A stretch of 49,086 bases of DNA from a virus (IMGVR_UViG_3300012894_000005:1-49086), one strand, 5' to 3'; positions 33,679 through 43,574 are shown, numbered from the stretch's first letter. A program made the numbers and translations. Notes: generated by a model from the sequence alone, not told the origin.

Positions 33679-33846
33679 ATGGAGAACATTTGGAATCTTG
33701 ACTTTACCACATGGTGGCATTTTCGGTTGATCGGGGCGATAGTGAGTCCCCTTTTGATTCTGTTTATCTATTTGTGGCGCGTTCGCAGCACTCGCGTCAA
33801 AGCATTTCTAAAAGAGCGAGAGCAGCGTAAGCAGCCCTATGCCTAG
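33679..33846 (+). CDS. 55-aa single-TM protein
   Basis: MENIWNLDFTTWWHFRLIGAIVSPLLILFIYLWRVR...; AT-rich. Confidence 0.55.
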   Translation: MENIWNLDFTTWWHFRLIGAIVSPLLILFIYLWRVRSTRVKAFLKEREQRKQPYA

Positions 33847-34009
33847 CCCAGCCATTCAGGCCCCGCGCCTCATTCAATTCACTCGCTACGGCCGCAAGCC
33901 CGCTAAGGCCCGCCTGCCCGGCCTCGATACCCACGGCCTGCTATGCGGGCGCATAGGCCCCGGCCGAATAGTCTGGAAGTTCTTTTTGGAAGGCCTCTAC
34001 TGCAACTAG
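33839..34009 (+). CDS. 56-aa hypothetical protein
   Basis: MPSPAIQAPRLIQFTRYGRK...LEGLYCN; ends at the terminator. Confidence 0.45.
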   Translation: MPSPAIQAPRLIQFTRYGRKPAKARLPGLDTHGLLCGRIGPGRIVWKFFLEGLYCN

Positions 34010-34032
34010 CCTCGCTTCGGCGGGGCTTTTTT
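34009..34032 (+). terminator. Intrinsic terminator
   Basis: GCCTCGC-TTCG-GCGGGGC followed by TTTTTT. Confidence 0.85.
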
Positions 34033-34073
34033 GTGCCCAGCCGTTTCCTGAAAGCCCAACCCGCCGCCCCCGG

Positions 34074-34137
34074 CACGGCCTGTAAACCACTCAGGCGGCA
34101 CAAATGCGGGCTGGGGGTAGGTGCGGTAGGAGCTTTG
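34074..34137 (+). promoter_or_regulatory. Putative late promoter 2 (same 18-bp motif)
   Basis: CACGGCCTGTAAACCACT at 34074-34091; GAGCTTTG at 34130-34137; ATG at 34142. Confidence 0.7.
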
Positions 34138-34141
34138 AAAC

Positions 34142-35077
34142 ATGAAACTCAGCCGCGCCCTCGCTCTGCAACTCAAGGACCTCGACACCACGGGCCGCAC
34201 CGTGCAGTTCTACGGCTCGGCTTTCGGCAACGAAGACAGCGACGGCGATATTCTCATGCCCGGCGCCTTTAAAAAGTCGATTCAGGAAAACGGCCCGGCC
34301 TCCGTGCAGCCGCGCATCAAGCACCTGCTGCAACACAGCCCCTACTCCATCATCGGCAAGTTCACGGAGCTAGTCGAAGACCAAAAGGGCCTGCTCTGCA
34401 CCTCTGTGCTGGCTGATACCCAAGAGGCGAACGACGCGCTGGCCCTGTATGAGCTAGACCTATTCGAGCACTCCATCGGCTACAACACCATCAAAGCCGA
34501 GTGGGACAATACCGACCCCGATAACCCCATTCGCCGCCTCACGGAGGTAAAGCTGTGGGAGGTATCGAGTGTGACTTGGGGCGCTAATGCTGACACCCCC
34601 CTAGTGGGAATTAAGAGCCAGCAGGCCGGCTTCGCCCGCGTGGCCGACCGCAAAGCCAAGCTTACCCACGCCCTGCGGCACGGGCATATTTCCGACAACC
34701 TGGGGGCGAAGCTAGCCGATGAGCTAGACGCCCTCGAAACCGCCTACAAAGGACTGATTTCACTCCCTAGCACCCCTGCAAAGCCGACTGAATCGCGTCC
34801 GCTCATTATTGACTCTGCCGAGCAGCAGAAAGCCGACGAACCCGATGTGCCCAAGGCAAAGAGATGGCTTGAAAAGGCCATTGCGCTGCACGCCAAGCAC
34901 ATGGATGGCACTGTTGAGCCCACCGCCGCCTCACAGAAAACGATGATGACGCAGATGGAAAACGCCCTGACCGCCCTTGGTGGTGACATGGGTGCGATGA
35001 AAGCCACTTTGGAAGCTGTGGAGCCGAGCGGCATAGTAGAGGCTTTTAAATCAAGTTTCTCATTTTTACCCGCTTAA
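34142..35077 (+). CDS. HK97-family prohead protease
   Basis: DSDGDILMPGAF, HLLQH, SIGY and EVKLWEVSSVTWGAN motifs. Confidence 0.92.
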   Translation: MKLSRALALQLKDLDTTGRTVQFYGSAFGNEDSDGDILMPGAFKKSIQENGPASVQPRIKHLLQHSPYSIIGKFTELVEDQKGLLCTSVLADTQEANDALALYELDLFEHSIGYNTIKAEWDNTDPDNPIRRLTEVKLWEVSSVTWGANADTPLVGIKSQQAGFARVADRKAKLTHALRHGHISDNLGAKLADELDALETAYKGLISLPSTPAKPTESRPLIIDSAEQQKADEPDVPKAKRWLEKAIALHAKHMDGTVEPTAASQKTMMTQMENALTALGGDMGAMKATLEAVEPSGIVEAFKSSFSFLPA

Positions 35078-35083
35078 CCCACA

Positions 35084-36316
35084 ATGGAGCAAAAGCAGTT
35101 TGAAGAGCTGAAAAGCCAGCTCGACTCCACGGCCCGCGCCGTGGAAGCCAAAGTAGACGCCCTCAACCTGAAAGCTGAGGCCGGCGAAAAAATCGGCAAG
35201 GAAAACATGGCCGAACTGAAGGGGCTGACTTCGCAGTACGCCGACCTTTCGAAATCAGTAGACGACCTGGCCGCTGAATTCGCCCGCAAAGGGGGTGCCT
35301 CTTGGATGCCCGAGCAAAAGATGCCCACGGACCTGCTCCGCGAAGCCCTGGAAAGCAGCGACGATTTTAAAAACCTCAAAGCAAAAGGCAAGGGCCGCGC
35401 CACGCTGGAGCTGAACGAAATCAAATCGGCGCAGGCGCTTGGGCAAAAGGCCACGATGGTAACGGGTACTACGGCGCCCGGGACTATCATCCAGCCCTAC
35501 TACGTGCCGGGTATCGTGGCGCCGAACCTGCGTCGGACTACGCTGCTGGACATGATTCCGGTTGCGCCCACCACGAGCAACGCCATTATCTACCTGCGAG
35601 AGTCAGCCTATAACAGCAATGGCGCCTATGTGCAGGAAGGCCAACTCAAGCCCGAAGACGACCTCTCGCTGGCCCAGGTAACGGCTCCCGTGGAAACGCT
35701 GGCCACTACCATGCGCGTGGCTAAGCAGTTGCTAGATGACTCACAGGCGCTCGTGGGGTATATCGCTGCCCGCGCCCCGCGTAAGCTTCAGCTCATCAAG
35801 GAGCTAAACGTTATCTACGGCTCGGGCACCAATGGCCAATTGCAGGGCCTTGCCCCGATTGCTGCGCAGTTCGCCGCTGACCCCTCACTCGTTATCCCGG
35901 CCCCGAACAACTACGATGTGCTGGGCGCTGCGGTGCTGCAAGCTCAAGTGGCTGAGTACTTCCCTACCGGCATCGTGATTCATCCGGTAGATGAGTACCT
36001 GATGTTGCACGCCAAAGACAGCCAGAACCGCTATCTCTTCCCCGAGATGCGTGACGGCTTTATTGGCAGCGTTCCCTACGCTACATCGACGCTGGCGCAG
36101 CTCAAGGGCAACTTCCTGACGGGCGACATGGCACTAGGGTGCCAGCTTTTTCAGCGCCAAGGCCTGGCGATTGAGATGTTCGACCAAGACCGTGACAACG
36201 TGGTTCGCAACCTCATCACGATTCGGGTAGAGGAGCGCCACGCCTTCTGCGTGTACCGCCCTGACGCCTTCGTGTACGGCAATTTCGCCACCGCTAAAAC
36301 CGACCTCTCGGCCTAA
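35084..36316 (+). CDS. Major capsid protein (HK97 fold)
   Basis: N-terminal coiled-coil delta domain, VQEGQLKP, GSG...LQGL and RNLITIRVEER. Confidence 0.95.
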   Translation: MEQKQFEELKSQLDSTARAVEAKVDALNLKAEAGEKIGKENMAELKGLTSQYADLSKSVDDLAAEFARKGGASWMPEQKMPTDLLREALESSDDFKNLKAKGKGRATLELNEIKSAQALGQKATMVTGTTAPGTIIQPYYVPGIVAPNLRRTTLLDMIPVAPTTSNAIIYLRESAYNSNGAYVQEGQLKPEDDLSLAQVTAPVETLATTMRVAKQLLDDSQALVGYIAARAPRKLQLIKELNVIYGSGTNGQLQGLAPIAAQFAADPSLVIPAPNNYDVLGAAVLQAQVAEYFPTGIVIHPVDEYLMLHAKDSQNRYLFPEMRDGFIGSVPYATSTLAQLKGNFLTGDMALGCQLFQRQGLAIEMFDQDRDNVVRNLITIRVEERHAFCVYRPDAFVYGNFATAKTDLSA

Positions 36317-36319
36317 GCC

Positions 36320-36580
36320 ATGAATGTAACGCTGAAAAAAGACGTGCTCACCCCGCAGAACGGGGTGGGCCGCATTGGCCAGACGGTAAGCATGTCTGAC
36401 GACATGGGCAAGCAGTATATCGGCAAAGGGCTGGCCGTTGAGGCTGGCCCCGACGCCGATGTGCTGCCCCCTGACGAAGCTCCCGCCCCAGTTGAGCCGA
36501 TTACGCGGGACTCGCTCAAGGAAGACAAAGCTGCCACGAATCGCAAAACCAAGCCTGACGGCCCTGCTGAAACGAAGTAA
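36320..36580 (+). CDS. Small head-associated protein
   Basis: Directly after the capsid gene; ...YIGKGLA then a low-complexity tail. Confidence 0.6.
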   Translation: MNVTLKKDVLTPQNGVGRIGQTVSMSDDMGKQYIGKGLAVEAGPDADVLPPDEAPAPVEPITRDSLKEDKAATNRKTKPDGPAETK

Positions 36581-37203
36581 TGCCCACGATTCACGTCCAA
36601 ACGCCCCCCACTGCTGCCAGCGAGCCCATCAGCTTAGCCCGGGCCGCCGCGTGGGTGCGGTTGGACGTGAATTCAGCCTTGCTCGCTGCTTTCACCGCTA
36701 CCCCGCAAGGCGACCTAAGCACGTACGACCCGCAACTAGTAGCCGACCTCGAAAACGTGGCGATGCTGCGCACGGCCGCCCGGGAGAAGGTAGAGGCCTA
36801 CACCGGCCGCTACTACACCCCACAGCGCCTGGCGTACACCTTCTGCCTCGGGGAACCCTACGAGTTGCCGGCCGGCGCTACGCCAGTTAGCGTCTCGGGC
36901 TTCTTCACGGACCTTGCCCAGCTAGAGAGCCTGAGCGAGTGGCTTGTTGAGTATCAGAAGGGCATTAGCGTTGAACGGCAACTACCGTGGGCAGAAGCCA
37001 TGCAGCAGAGCTACACGGTCGTAGCCGACGTGCCGGCCGACCTGGCCTTTGCTAACGTTGCCCAGCGCGCCATGCTCGAGCTGTTAGGCGAGTGGTACCG
37101 CAACCGCGAAACCACGGGAGAGGGCCGGTTTGCGGAACTACCCGTGAATTTCCGCGTCACGCTAGCCGAGGCGCGGGTCAACCCTTTAGCCTTCGCTTTC
37201 TAA
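36580..37203 (+). CDS. Head-tail adaptor (gp6-like)
   Basis: EPISLARA, AAREKVEAYTGR and WYRNRE motifs. Confidence 0.85.
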   Translation: MPTIHVQTPPTAASEPISLARAAAWVRLDVNSALLAAFTATPQGDLSTYDPQLVADLENVAMLRTAAREKVEAYTGRYYTPQRLAYTFCLGEPYELPAGATPVSVSGFFTDLAQLESLSEWLVEYQKGISVERQLPWAEAMQQSYTVVADVPADLAFANVAQRAMLELLGEWYRNRETTGEGRFAELPVNFRVTLAEARVNPLAFAF

Positions 37204-37535
37204 TGGGCCGCCTAGCCGCTGGGCAGCTGCGGGAGCGCATTACGCTGCTGACTACGAGTACTGCGCTTCCAGATGGGCGGGGCGGGTTCGTGCCAAGCGG
37301 GCCGGACACCTCGCAAACGGTATGGGCCCGCGTTCGGCCGCTCAGTACGAGTGAGAAGCTGCGACTCGGGCAGGTAGCGGATGCCGAGGGCTACGAAATC
37401 ACCATTCGACGCCTGGCTAGTGCCACTGCCAAGCAGCGGGTGGTGTGGAATACGAAAACGCTGAACGTGCAAGGCGTGCGGGCCGATGAGGACCGGGAAT
37501 ATCAACTTTTAACCTGCATTAACGGTGGCCAGTAG
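37203..37535 (+). CDS. Head closure protein
   Basis: AGQLRERITL, DGRGG, VWARVRP and ITIR motifs. Confidence 0.85.
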   Translation: MGRLAAGQLRERITLLTTSTALPDGRGGFVPSGPDTSQTVWARVRPLSTSEKLRLGQVADAEGYEITIRRLASATAKQRVVWNTKTLNVQGVRADEDREYQLLTCINGGQ

Positions 37536-37881
37536 CGTCAGCATCGAGCTAAAAGGGTTCGACGGGCTACTGAGCAAGGTAAAGCTGCTAGTGCCGCGTG
37601 TTCGGGCGGGCGCGCAGGAAGCGGTGGCCGAAACGGCGCTGCTGATTGAGACGGATGCCAAGCTTTTGGCGCCCGTCGATACCGGCCGCCTGCGTGCCTC
37701 CATTCACACGGAACTGAGTCCGGACGGGCTCAAGGCAATGGTGTTGGATGGGGTGACCTACGGGGTATTCATGGAATTTGGTACGCGCTACATCAAGGCG
37801 CGGCCTTTTCTCTTTCCGGCCTACGAAAAGAACCGCGCTGCTTTTGTGGCGCTACTGAAAGCTAAAACCAAGCTGTTTTAA
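37525..37881 (+). CDS. HK97 gp10-like tail-completion protein
   Basis: APVDTGRLRASI and EFGT...ARPFLFPA. Confidence 0.9.
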   Translation: MASSVSIELKGFDGLLSKVKLLVPRVRAGAQEAVAETALLIETDAKLLAPVDTGRLRASIHTELSPDGLKAMVLDGVTYGVFMEFGTRYIKARPFLFPAYEKNRAAFVALLKAKTKLF

Positions 37882-37992
37882 GATGAGGCGCAAAAGAATA
37901 CACTTTGCTTTCGCATACAGTCCTTGGTGGTGCGAGGCATACCTAAAGCATTTAGCCAAAATAAATCCTGGCCGCACCTTTTGGTTTAATAA

Positions 37993-38496
37993 ATGAACCC
38001 GCTGGCTGTCCTGCTCCCCGCCCTATACGCCGCCCTGGCTAGCCCGGCCCTGATTTGGGACAGCCAGCCCGTGCGCGCTTACGAGCACCTACCGGACAAT
38101 ATCCCTACCCACTACGTGCTCATCGAGCAACCGACCGATGCGGACATTGGCGGTAGTCGGGGGTGCCAACGGTACTCCTGCACGGTGCTGCTGGATGTGA
38201 TTACGCAGTTCGCCACGGACTTAGTGAGTAGCGTCCCAGTAGAGTCACTTGTGAGCCAGATTCACGAGCGCCTGCGGGGGCAGCGCCTCCCCTTGCCCAA
38301 GGGGTGGGGGTGCGCCCCTGGGGTACTGCTACTAGCCTCGCAACTAAACGAGTTGGACGGAGAGCTACTGGCGACCCGCCGGCTACTGCGTTACCGCTGG
38401 GACCTGACTTATACCCCACCCCTGGCTAGCCTGCGGGAAGAATTTGCCCGCTCTGGGCACGAAACCACCACCTCTTACGGAACTGCCTTTAAGTAG
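37993..38496 (+). CDS. Tail terminator (DUF3168-like)
   Basis: Position after the gp10-like gene; size and beta pattern fit. Confidence 0.65.
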   Translation: MNPLAVLLPALYAALASPALIWDSQPVRAYEHLPDNIPTHYVLIEQPTDADIGGSRGCQRYSCTVLLDVITQFATDLVSSVPVESLVSQIHERLRGQRLPLPKGWGCAPGVLLLASQLNELDGELLATRRLLRYRWDLTYTPPLASLREEFARSGHETTTSYGTAFK

Positions 38497-38498
38497 CC

Positions 38499-39374
38499 AT
38501 GACGCGTTCTGATTTACACCCGCAGATTGACAACACCATCTTCGCAAACCTCGTCGGGGCCATTGCTGCCGGCAAGCACGCGGACTTGATGCACGTACTT
38601 GTAAACTGGGCCCTTGGGGCGGATGACTTGGTAAGCACGATTACCGGCAACAGCCAGGTAGTCCCATTCAGCCAGGCCGGGGCGTACCTGCTCGATGCCA
38701 ACCTACGGCAGTACGTGGTAAACGCCATCTCGCAGGCTAAATCGGATATTTTGGGCGGGGTGGGCCCGGCCTATGACACGCTACAGGAACTGGCTGCGCT
38801 GGAAATTAGCGACCAATCGGCCATCGCCGCTATCCTTGTCCGCCTCGGTACCCTCGAAGCCGCCGCGGGGACTTATCTGAAGCCCGATGGCTCCGTAGCC
38901 CTCACAGCGCCGCAGGTAGGCATCCCCGGCACGGCCAGCAACCACCTGGCTACCGTTGGGCAGTTGGAAGCCGGCGGGCCCACGTTCGGGGTGAGTGCTA
39001 GCGTGACCGTAGCGCAGGTATCCACCACGGGCGTGCTACTGGGTACCACCCGCACCGCTGAAGCGGGGCAGCCCACCAAGGTATTTATTCCCAGTGAGTG
39101 CTACGTGAGCCTGCGCAGCAAGGGGGCCGGCACGCTCACCACGGCTGGGGTCCTGAGCATCGGCACCAACGCGCCGGACTACAACAACATCTCCCCGCTT
39201 GTGCCGCTGGCCAACGCTACGACCCTCGGGCTGAACGTGCAGCAGGTGCTCAACAGCCAATCTGTCCCGGCCGGCACGTCGATTTACTACAAAGTCATTA
39301 CCGCCCAAATCGGCACCGCCGCCACAAGCTGCGACCTGTTTCTGCGGGGCTTTTACCACGTTTTACCTTCTTAA
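38499..39374 (+). CDS. Fibre/collar-like structural protein
   Basis: PAYDTLQELAA fibre motif, YLKPDGS, and a beta-rich C-terminal domain. Confidence 0.6.
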   Translation: MTRSDLHPQIDNTIFANLVGAIAAGKHADLMHVLVNWALGADDLVSTITGNSQVVPFSQAGAYLLDANLRQYVVNAISQAKSDILGGVGPAYDTLQELAALEISDQSAIAAILVRLGTLEAAAGTYLKPDGSVALTAPQVGIPGTASNHLATVGQLEAGGPTFGVSASVTVAQVSTTGVLLGTTRTAEAGQPTKVFIPSECYVSLRSKGAGTLTTAGVLSIGTNAPDYNNISPLVPLANATTLGLNVQQVLNSQSVPAGTSIYYKVITAQIGTAATSCDLFLRGFYHVLPS

Positions 39375-39400
39375 TTTTCAACCAGTAAGCTTTTAACATC

Positions 39401-39829
39401 ATGGCCTTAATTGTAGAAGATGGCTTTAATTTCCAGATAGAGCTGGAAGACACAGTTTTCGGCTGTGCGACTACTGTAAAGTTTGGCGCTAGTGTAGAGG
39501 ACAAAGATGCGACTTGCACAGCAAGCCTCGGGACCAAGGAGTCACGGCCGGGTCAAAAGAGCTACACTCTGAGTGCCGATGCACTGATGCGCGTGGCCAC
39601 CACTCCAGCCGAAGCTGCTGCCAACGTGACTTCAAAAACAATTGAGCAGTATTTCGAGGACCGCACCATTTTCAATTGGTCGTTCACCACCTCTACGGTA
39701 GGCGGCACTAAAAAGAGCGGCACGGCCTATATCAAGAGCTTTGATGAAGGCGGTGGAGCTACGGCCGATGCTACGCTATCGGTAGCCTTCACCGTTACTG
39801 GCCCGGTTACTTACGCAGATGTTGTGTAG
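39401..39829 (+). CDS. Tail tube (major tail) protein
   Basis: PGQKSYTLSAD, SGTAYI and TLSVAFTVTGP motifs. Confidence 0.85.
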   Translation: MALIVEDGFNFQIELEDTVFGCATTVKFGASVEDKDATCTASLGTKESRPGQKSYTLSADALMRVATTPAEAAANVTSKTIEQYFEDRTIFNWSFTTSTVGGTKKSGTAYIKSFDEGGGATADATLSVAFTVTGPVTYADVV

Positions 39830-39832
39830 CGC

Positions 39833-40231
39833 ATGAATACTATCCCTATTGGCGGCCAAGACCGCCCGTTTCACGTCGGCACTAACCAAGGCGATATTTT
39901 CTGTCGCCTTCAAGGCCTTTCCCTAGCGCAGTATGCCGCCACGTTCAGCGATATTAATGGCTTAGGGCTAGGCGCCCAACGTGACTTTCTCTATTCCGCC
40001 TTGCGGGCGGGCGCTGAAAAAGCTGGGCAGCCAGTAAGCTTTACCGCTACAGAAGTCGGCGACTGGATGGATGAGCCCACCTACAGTGCCACTGACACAC
40101 TTGCCCCCGTTGTCTCTACGCTTAGCGCACAGTTCACTGCGAAGGCTGCTTATCAGAAGGAGCGCGACGCAAAAAACGCCCCCACCCCGTTGAGCCCGTT
40201 GGACACAACGGGGATGGCGGTAGCAGTTTAA
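39833..40231 (+). CDS. Tail assembly chaperone (G-like)
   Basis: Between the tube and tape measure genes; slippery site near the 3' end. Confidence 0.8.
   Translation: MNTIPIGGQDRPFHVGTNQGDIFCRLQGLSLAQYAATFSDINGLGLGAQRDFLYSALRAGAEKAGQPVSFTATEVGDWMDEPTYSATDTLAPVVSTLSAQFTAKAAYQKERDAKNAPTPLSPLDTTGMAVAV
40171..40213 (+). promoter_or_regulatory. -1 programmed ribosomal frameshift signal
   Basis: In-frame A AAA AAC at 40171-77, 7-nt spacer, CCCCGTTG/CAACGGGG stem at 40185-40213. Confidence 0.85.
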
Positions 40232-40554
40232 CCTGGGCTGACCTCTGGGATACACTGCATGGAGGAATCGGTCTCGCGCCCGATGTGGCGCGAGACCTTA
40301 CTTGGGTGCAGGTAGACTTCTATTTGCACGGGTATGAGGCGCGCCGGCAAAAGGAATTAGCCGGTCACCGGCTAACTGCCTCGCTTGTATACAACGCTTT
40401 GGCAGACAAGCCGCTAAAGCCATCAGACTTTCTTTTCCTGCCTGCCATTGACGGGCCCCAGGGCCCCGCACCCGAAGCACTAGATGCACTTAAGCAAATG
40501 CGTGCCCGCCTAGAGGCTGAAAACTTTAAAAAACTGGCTGAAAAAGCCGCCTAG
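40177..40554 (+). CDS. Tail assembly chaperone frameshift extension (T-like)
   Basis: The -1 frame is open from the slippery site to TAG at 40554. Confidence 0.8.
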   Translation, partial: RPHPVEPVGHNGDGGSSLTWADLWDTLHGGIGLAPDVARDLTWVQVDFYLHGYEARRQKELAGHRLTASLVYNALADKPLKPSDFLFLPAIDGPQGPAPEALDALKQMRARLEAENFKKLAEKAA

Positions 40555-40556
40555 TT

Positions 40557-43500
40557 ATGGCCGAACAGATTGGTAGTGCCTACGTAGCCGTTGGGGCCGA
40601 TGTCTCGGCCTTTGAGGCCGGCATGAACCAGGTGCAGGCCGACCTGGGCAAAGTAGCCGCGGCGGCCGATGCGGCGGCCGGACGGTACACCGATGCGCAG
40701 GGGCGGATGCGGGAAGCCAACGGCCGCTTTGTGTCCGCTGCCACCCTTGCTGCTGAGGCTGCCCGTAATGTGGGGGGTAGCCTCGGCAGCTTGGCGGACA
40801 CGGCCACGCGCACGGGGCAAACTATCAACCAAGGGCTCGTAAGCTCTTTCGGAGCGTTTGACCGCGCCATTAGTCCACTCCAAGCAGGCATTGGGCGGCT
40901 AGGCGAGTCACTAAAAAGTATTGGGAGCGGCCTGACTACCTACGTGACGCTGCCGCTGGGCCTGCTGGCAGGCGCCGCCCTATCCTCTTACGGCAAGGTT
41001 GACGGGCTTACGCGCGGACTCAATGCGCTAGCCTCACAAGATGTAGCCAGGCAAGGGGCCACTGGCGTAGAGGCCATTGGGCTGGCAGCGAGCGCTACCC
41101 AGGCCCGGTTGAAAGAGCTACAGGAAATCGCCAAAGCCCCTGGCATCGGGTTTGAGCAAGCTGTGCAGGGCGATATTCGCCTGCGTGCGGTCGGCATCTC
41201 TGCGGAGCAATCGGCCAAGATTCTGCGTGAATTCGCAAATGCTATCGCCTTGACCGGCGGCGGGGCGGGGGAGCTTAATAGCGTCACGGTGCAGCTGGGA
41301 CAGCTTTCGGCTAAGGGCAAGGTCTTGGCCCAAGACTTGCGGCCCATTATTGAGGCGGCCCCGGCTGTGTCGCAGGCCCTACAGAAGCTCTATGGTACAG
41401 TAGACAGCGAGACTATCAGTAAGTCGCTAGAAAAGCAGGGCAAGAGCAGTACTGATTTTGTTGCTACGCTCACTGATGAGTTGGCCAAAATCCCACGCGT
41501 GGCCGGCGGCTTTTCAAACGCCCTGGAAAACGCCTTGCAGGGCGGGCAGCAGGATTTGGCGCGTATTGGAGAGTCCATTAATAAGGCCTTCAACCTAGAG
41601 GGCATTCTTGAGAGTGTAGGCAGTGCTGTTACCAAGTTAACGGACTACTTTACAAGCCTCTCGCCGGGGGTACAACGCTTTGTGCTGGGTGCAGCAGCGG
41701 TCGCTGCCGCGGCCGGGCCGATTGTGTTCGGGCTGGGGGCTATCGCAGCGTCTATCCCCTCGGTGGTGGCGGGGTTAGAGGTAATGGGCCTAGCTAGCAC
41801 AGCCGCCCTAGGGCCCATCGGTATTGGGGTGGTGGCCATCGCGGGCGCCGCGTCGCTTATTATTAACAACTGGGATAGACTTGTTGCCTATTTCACGGCC
41901 GGGGAGGGCGGGCAGCTATTCAGCAACCTAGCCGAATCCATAAGCAATTCTGTTGCCGTTATTTCGGGGGCTTTTGGCGAGCTTAGCACGCAAGGGGACG
42001 GCAGCTTTGGCGGACTAATTGCCGCCACGGGGGTGTTGCAAGCCATTTTCCGCGATATTACCGTGGGGCTTACCTCAATAGCCAATGTAGCCAGCGGCAC
42101 CATTGGCGCAATTGCTGCCCTGCTCAGTGGCGATTTAACCGCGGCGGCTGACCAGGGGAAGCGTGCCCTTTTCGGGCTTGTTGACCCCCTGGCAGCCCTA
42201 CTTGGCTTTACGGTAAAAGGCAAGGAGGCAGCAGCGGCGGTGCGCGAGGTAGCCGAGGCGGATGCCAGCTTAGTGGACACGCTCACTAGCGTAGGGCTGG
42301 AGGCAACGCACACGGCGGGGCTGCTAGAAACGCTACGAGCCAAGCTAAAAGAGCTAAAAGAGCAGCGCGAAAAGGAAACGACGGTAGCCGCCATAGGCGT
42401 GGATACGACGCAAATCAAGGCTATCGAGGAGCAGATAAAAAAGCTTGAGGGCGTAGACAAAGCCAGCAAAAAAGCAGCCGATGCAATCGCCAAACTCCGC
42501 GAGCAGCTAGCTAACCTCAATAAGCTAGACGGGCTCTTGGGTGACACCCCCAGCCAGGTTCAGGTGTTAGAGCGCCGTATTGCCACTCTTACCACGGGCC
42601 TTAAAACGCTTGTAGATGCGGGCGTCTCCACTGGCTCTAAAGCCTTTAAGGGCTTTGTGAGCGACGTAGTAAACTCCCAGCAGGCGCTAGACAAGCTACA
42701 GGCCAGTGCAAATCTAGACCTGAAGCCGGCTAGCATCAAGTCGCTCGTGCCCAAAACGCTGGGCGACACCCTGCCCCAGGACGTGGCGCGACTGCTGGGG
42801 GATTATGCCAAGAGTGCCGTTCCGATTGAGCTGCAAATTCCCATCAAAGTCAGCCCGCTTATTGGAGGTCTGTCGGATATTCAAAAGACGCTGGCAGATG
42901 AAACGTTGCGGGTCAGCCAGGCATTCAGCCTAGCTAGCTCGGATGCGCAACTGTTCGGCGGAGCCTTTGATGATGCCGGGGCTAAAGCATCAGCACTAAA
43001 AGACGAGATTCAGAACCTATTGCAGAGCGGACTGCTGCCTACTAGCCCAGCTATTCAGGATATTGTTGAGCAGTATAAAACGTTGGCTCAACAATCTATT
43101 GACACGCAAGGCGCCACGTCAGCGGTAAAGGGGGCGATTATGGACCTAGCTAGCGGTATTTCGTCGGCGTTTTCGGATGCGCTTACTGGCACGCAAAGCA
43201 TCGGGGATGCCCTGCTACAAACGCTACTGCAAACTGTAGGGAAGTTGGCTACAGAACTAGGAGGCATCTTGCTGGCTAGCGGACTAGGCATCGAGGCGCT
43301 GAAAGTCAGCTTAGCTACTTTCTCGGGCATTGGGGCTATCGCCGCGGGTATCGGCCTGCTGGCTATTGGCGGCATTGCTAGTGCGGCCGCTTCTAATCTG
43401 GGCAAAAGCGCCGGCAGTGGCTCTATCGCCTCAGCTCCTAAAACCAACTATAATAGCTCAGCAGCGAGCACGAATACCCCCACAATTAAGGTGATTGCTG

Positions 43501-43574
43501 AATTCAGGCTGCGAGGGCAGGACTTGGTGGCCGTGGGCCGCACACAGGACTACCGTGTGCAGCGCACGAACTAA
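40557..43574 (+). CDS. Tape measure protein
   Basis: 1005 aa, Ala/Gly-rich and helical; QLGQLSAKGKVLAQDL tape-measure motif. Confidence 0.93.
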   Translation: MAEQIGSAYVAVGADVSAFEAGMNQVQADLGKVAAAADAAAGRYTDAQGRMREANGRFVSAATLAAEAARNVGGSLGSLADTATRTGQTINQGLVSSFGAFDRAISPLQAGIGRLGESLKSIGSGLTTYVTLPLGLLAGAALSSYGKVDGLTRGLNALASQDVARQGATGVEAIGLAASATQARLKELQEIAKAPGIGFEQAVQGDIRLRAVGISAEQSAKILREFANAIALTGGGAGELNSVTVQLGQLSAKGKVLAQDLRPIIEAAPAVSQALQKLYGTVDSETISKSLEKQGKSSTDFVATLTDELAKIPRVAGGFSNALENALQGGQQDLARIGESINKAFNLEGILESVGSAVTKLTDYFTSLSPGVQRFVLGAAAVAAAAGPIVFGLGAIAASIPSVVAGLEVMGLASTAALGPIGIGVVAIAGAASLIINNWDRLVAYFTAGEGGQLFSNLAESISNSVAVISGAFGELSTQGDGSFGGLIAATGVLQAIFRDITVGLTSIANVASGTIGAIAALLSGDLTAAADQGKRALFGLVDPLAALLGFTVKGKEAAAAVREVAEADASLVDTLTSVGLEATHTAGLLETLRAKLKELKEQREKETTVAAIGVDTTQIKAIEEQIKKLEGVDKASKKAADAIAKLREQLANLNKLDGLLGDTPSQVQVLERRIATLTTGLKTLVDAGVSTGSKAFKGFVSDVVNSQQALDKLQASANLDLKPASIKSLVPKTLGDTLPQDVARLLGDYAKSAVPIELQIPIKVSPLIGGLSDIQKTLADETLRVSQAFSLASSDAQLFGGAFDDAGAKASALKDEIQNLLQSGLLPTSPAIQDIVEQYKTLAQQSIDTQGATSAVKGAIMDLASGISSAFSDALTGTQSIGDALLQTLLQTVGKLATELGGILLASGLGIEALKVSLATFSGIGAIAAGIGLLAIGGIASAAASNLGKSAGSGSIASAPKTNYNSSAASTNTPTIKVIAEFRLRGQDLVAVGRTQDYRVQRTN

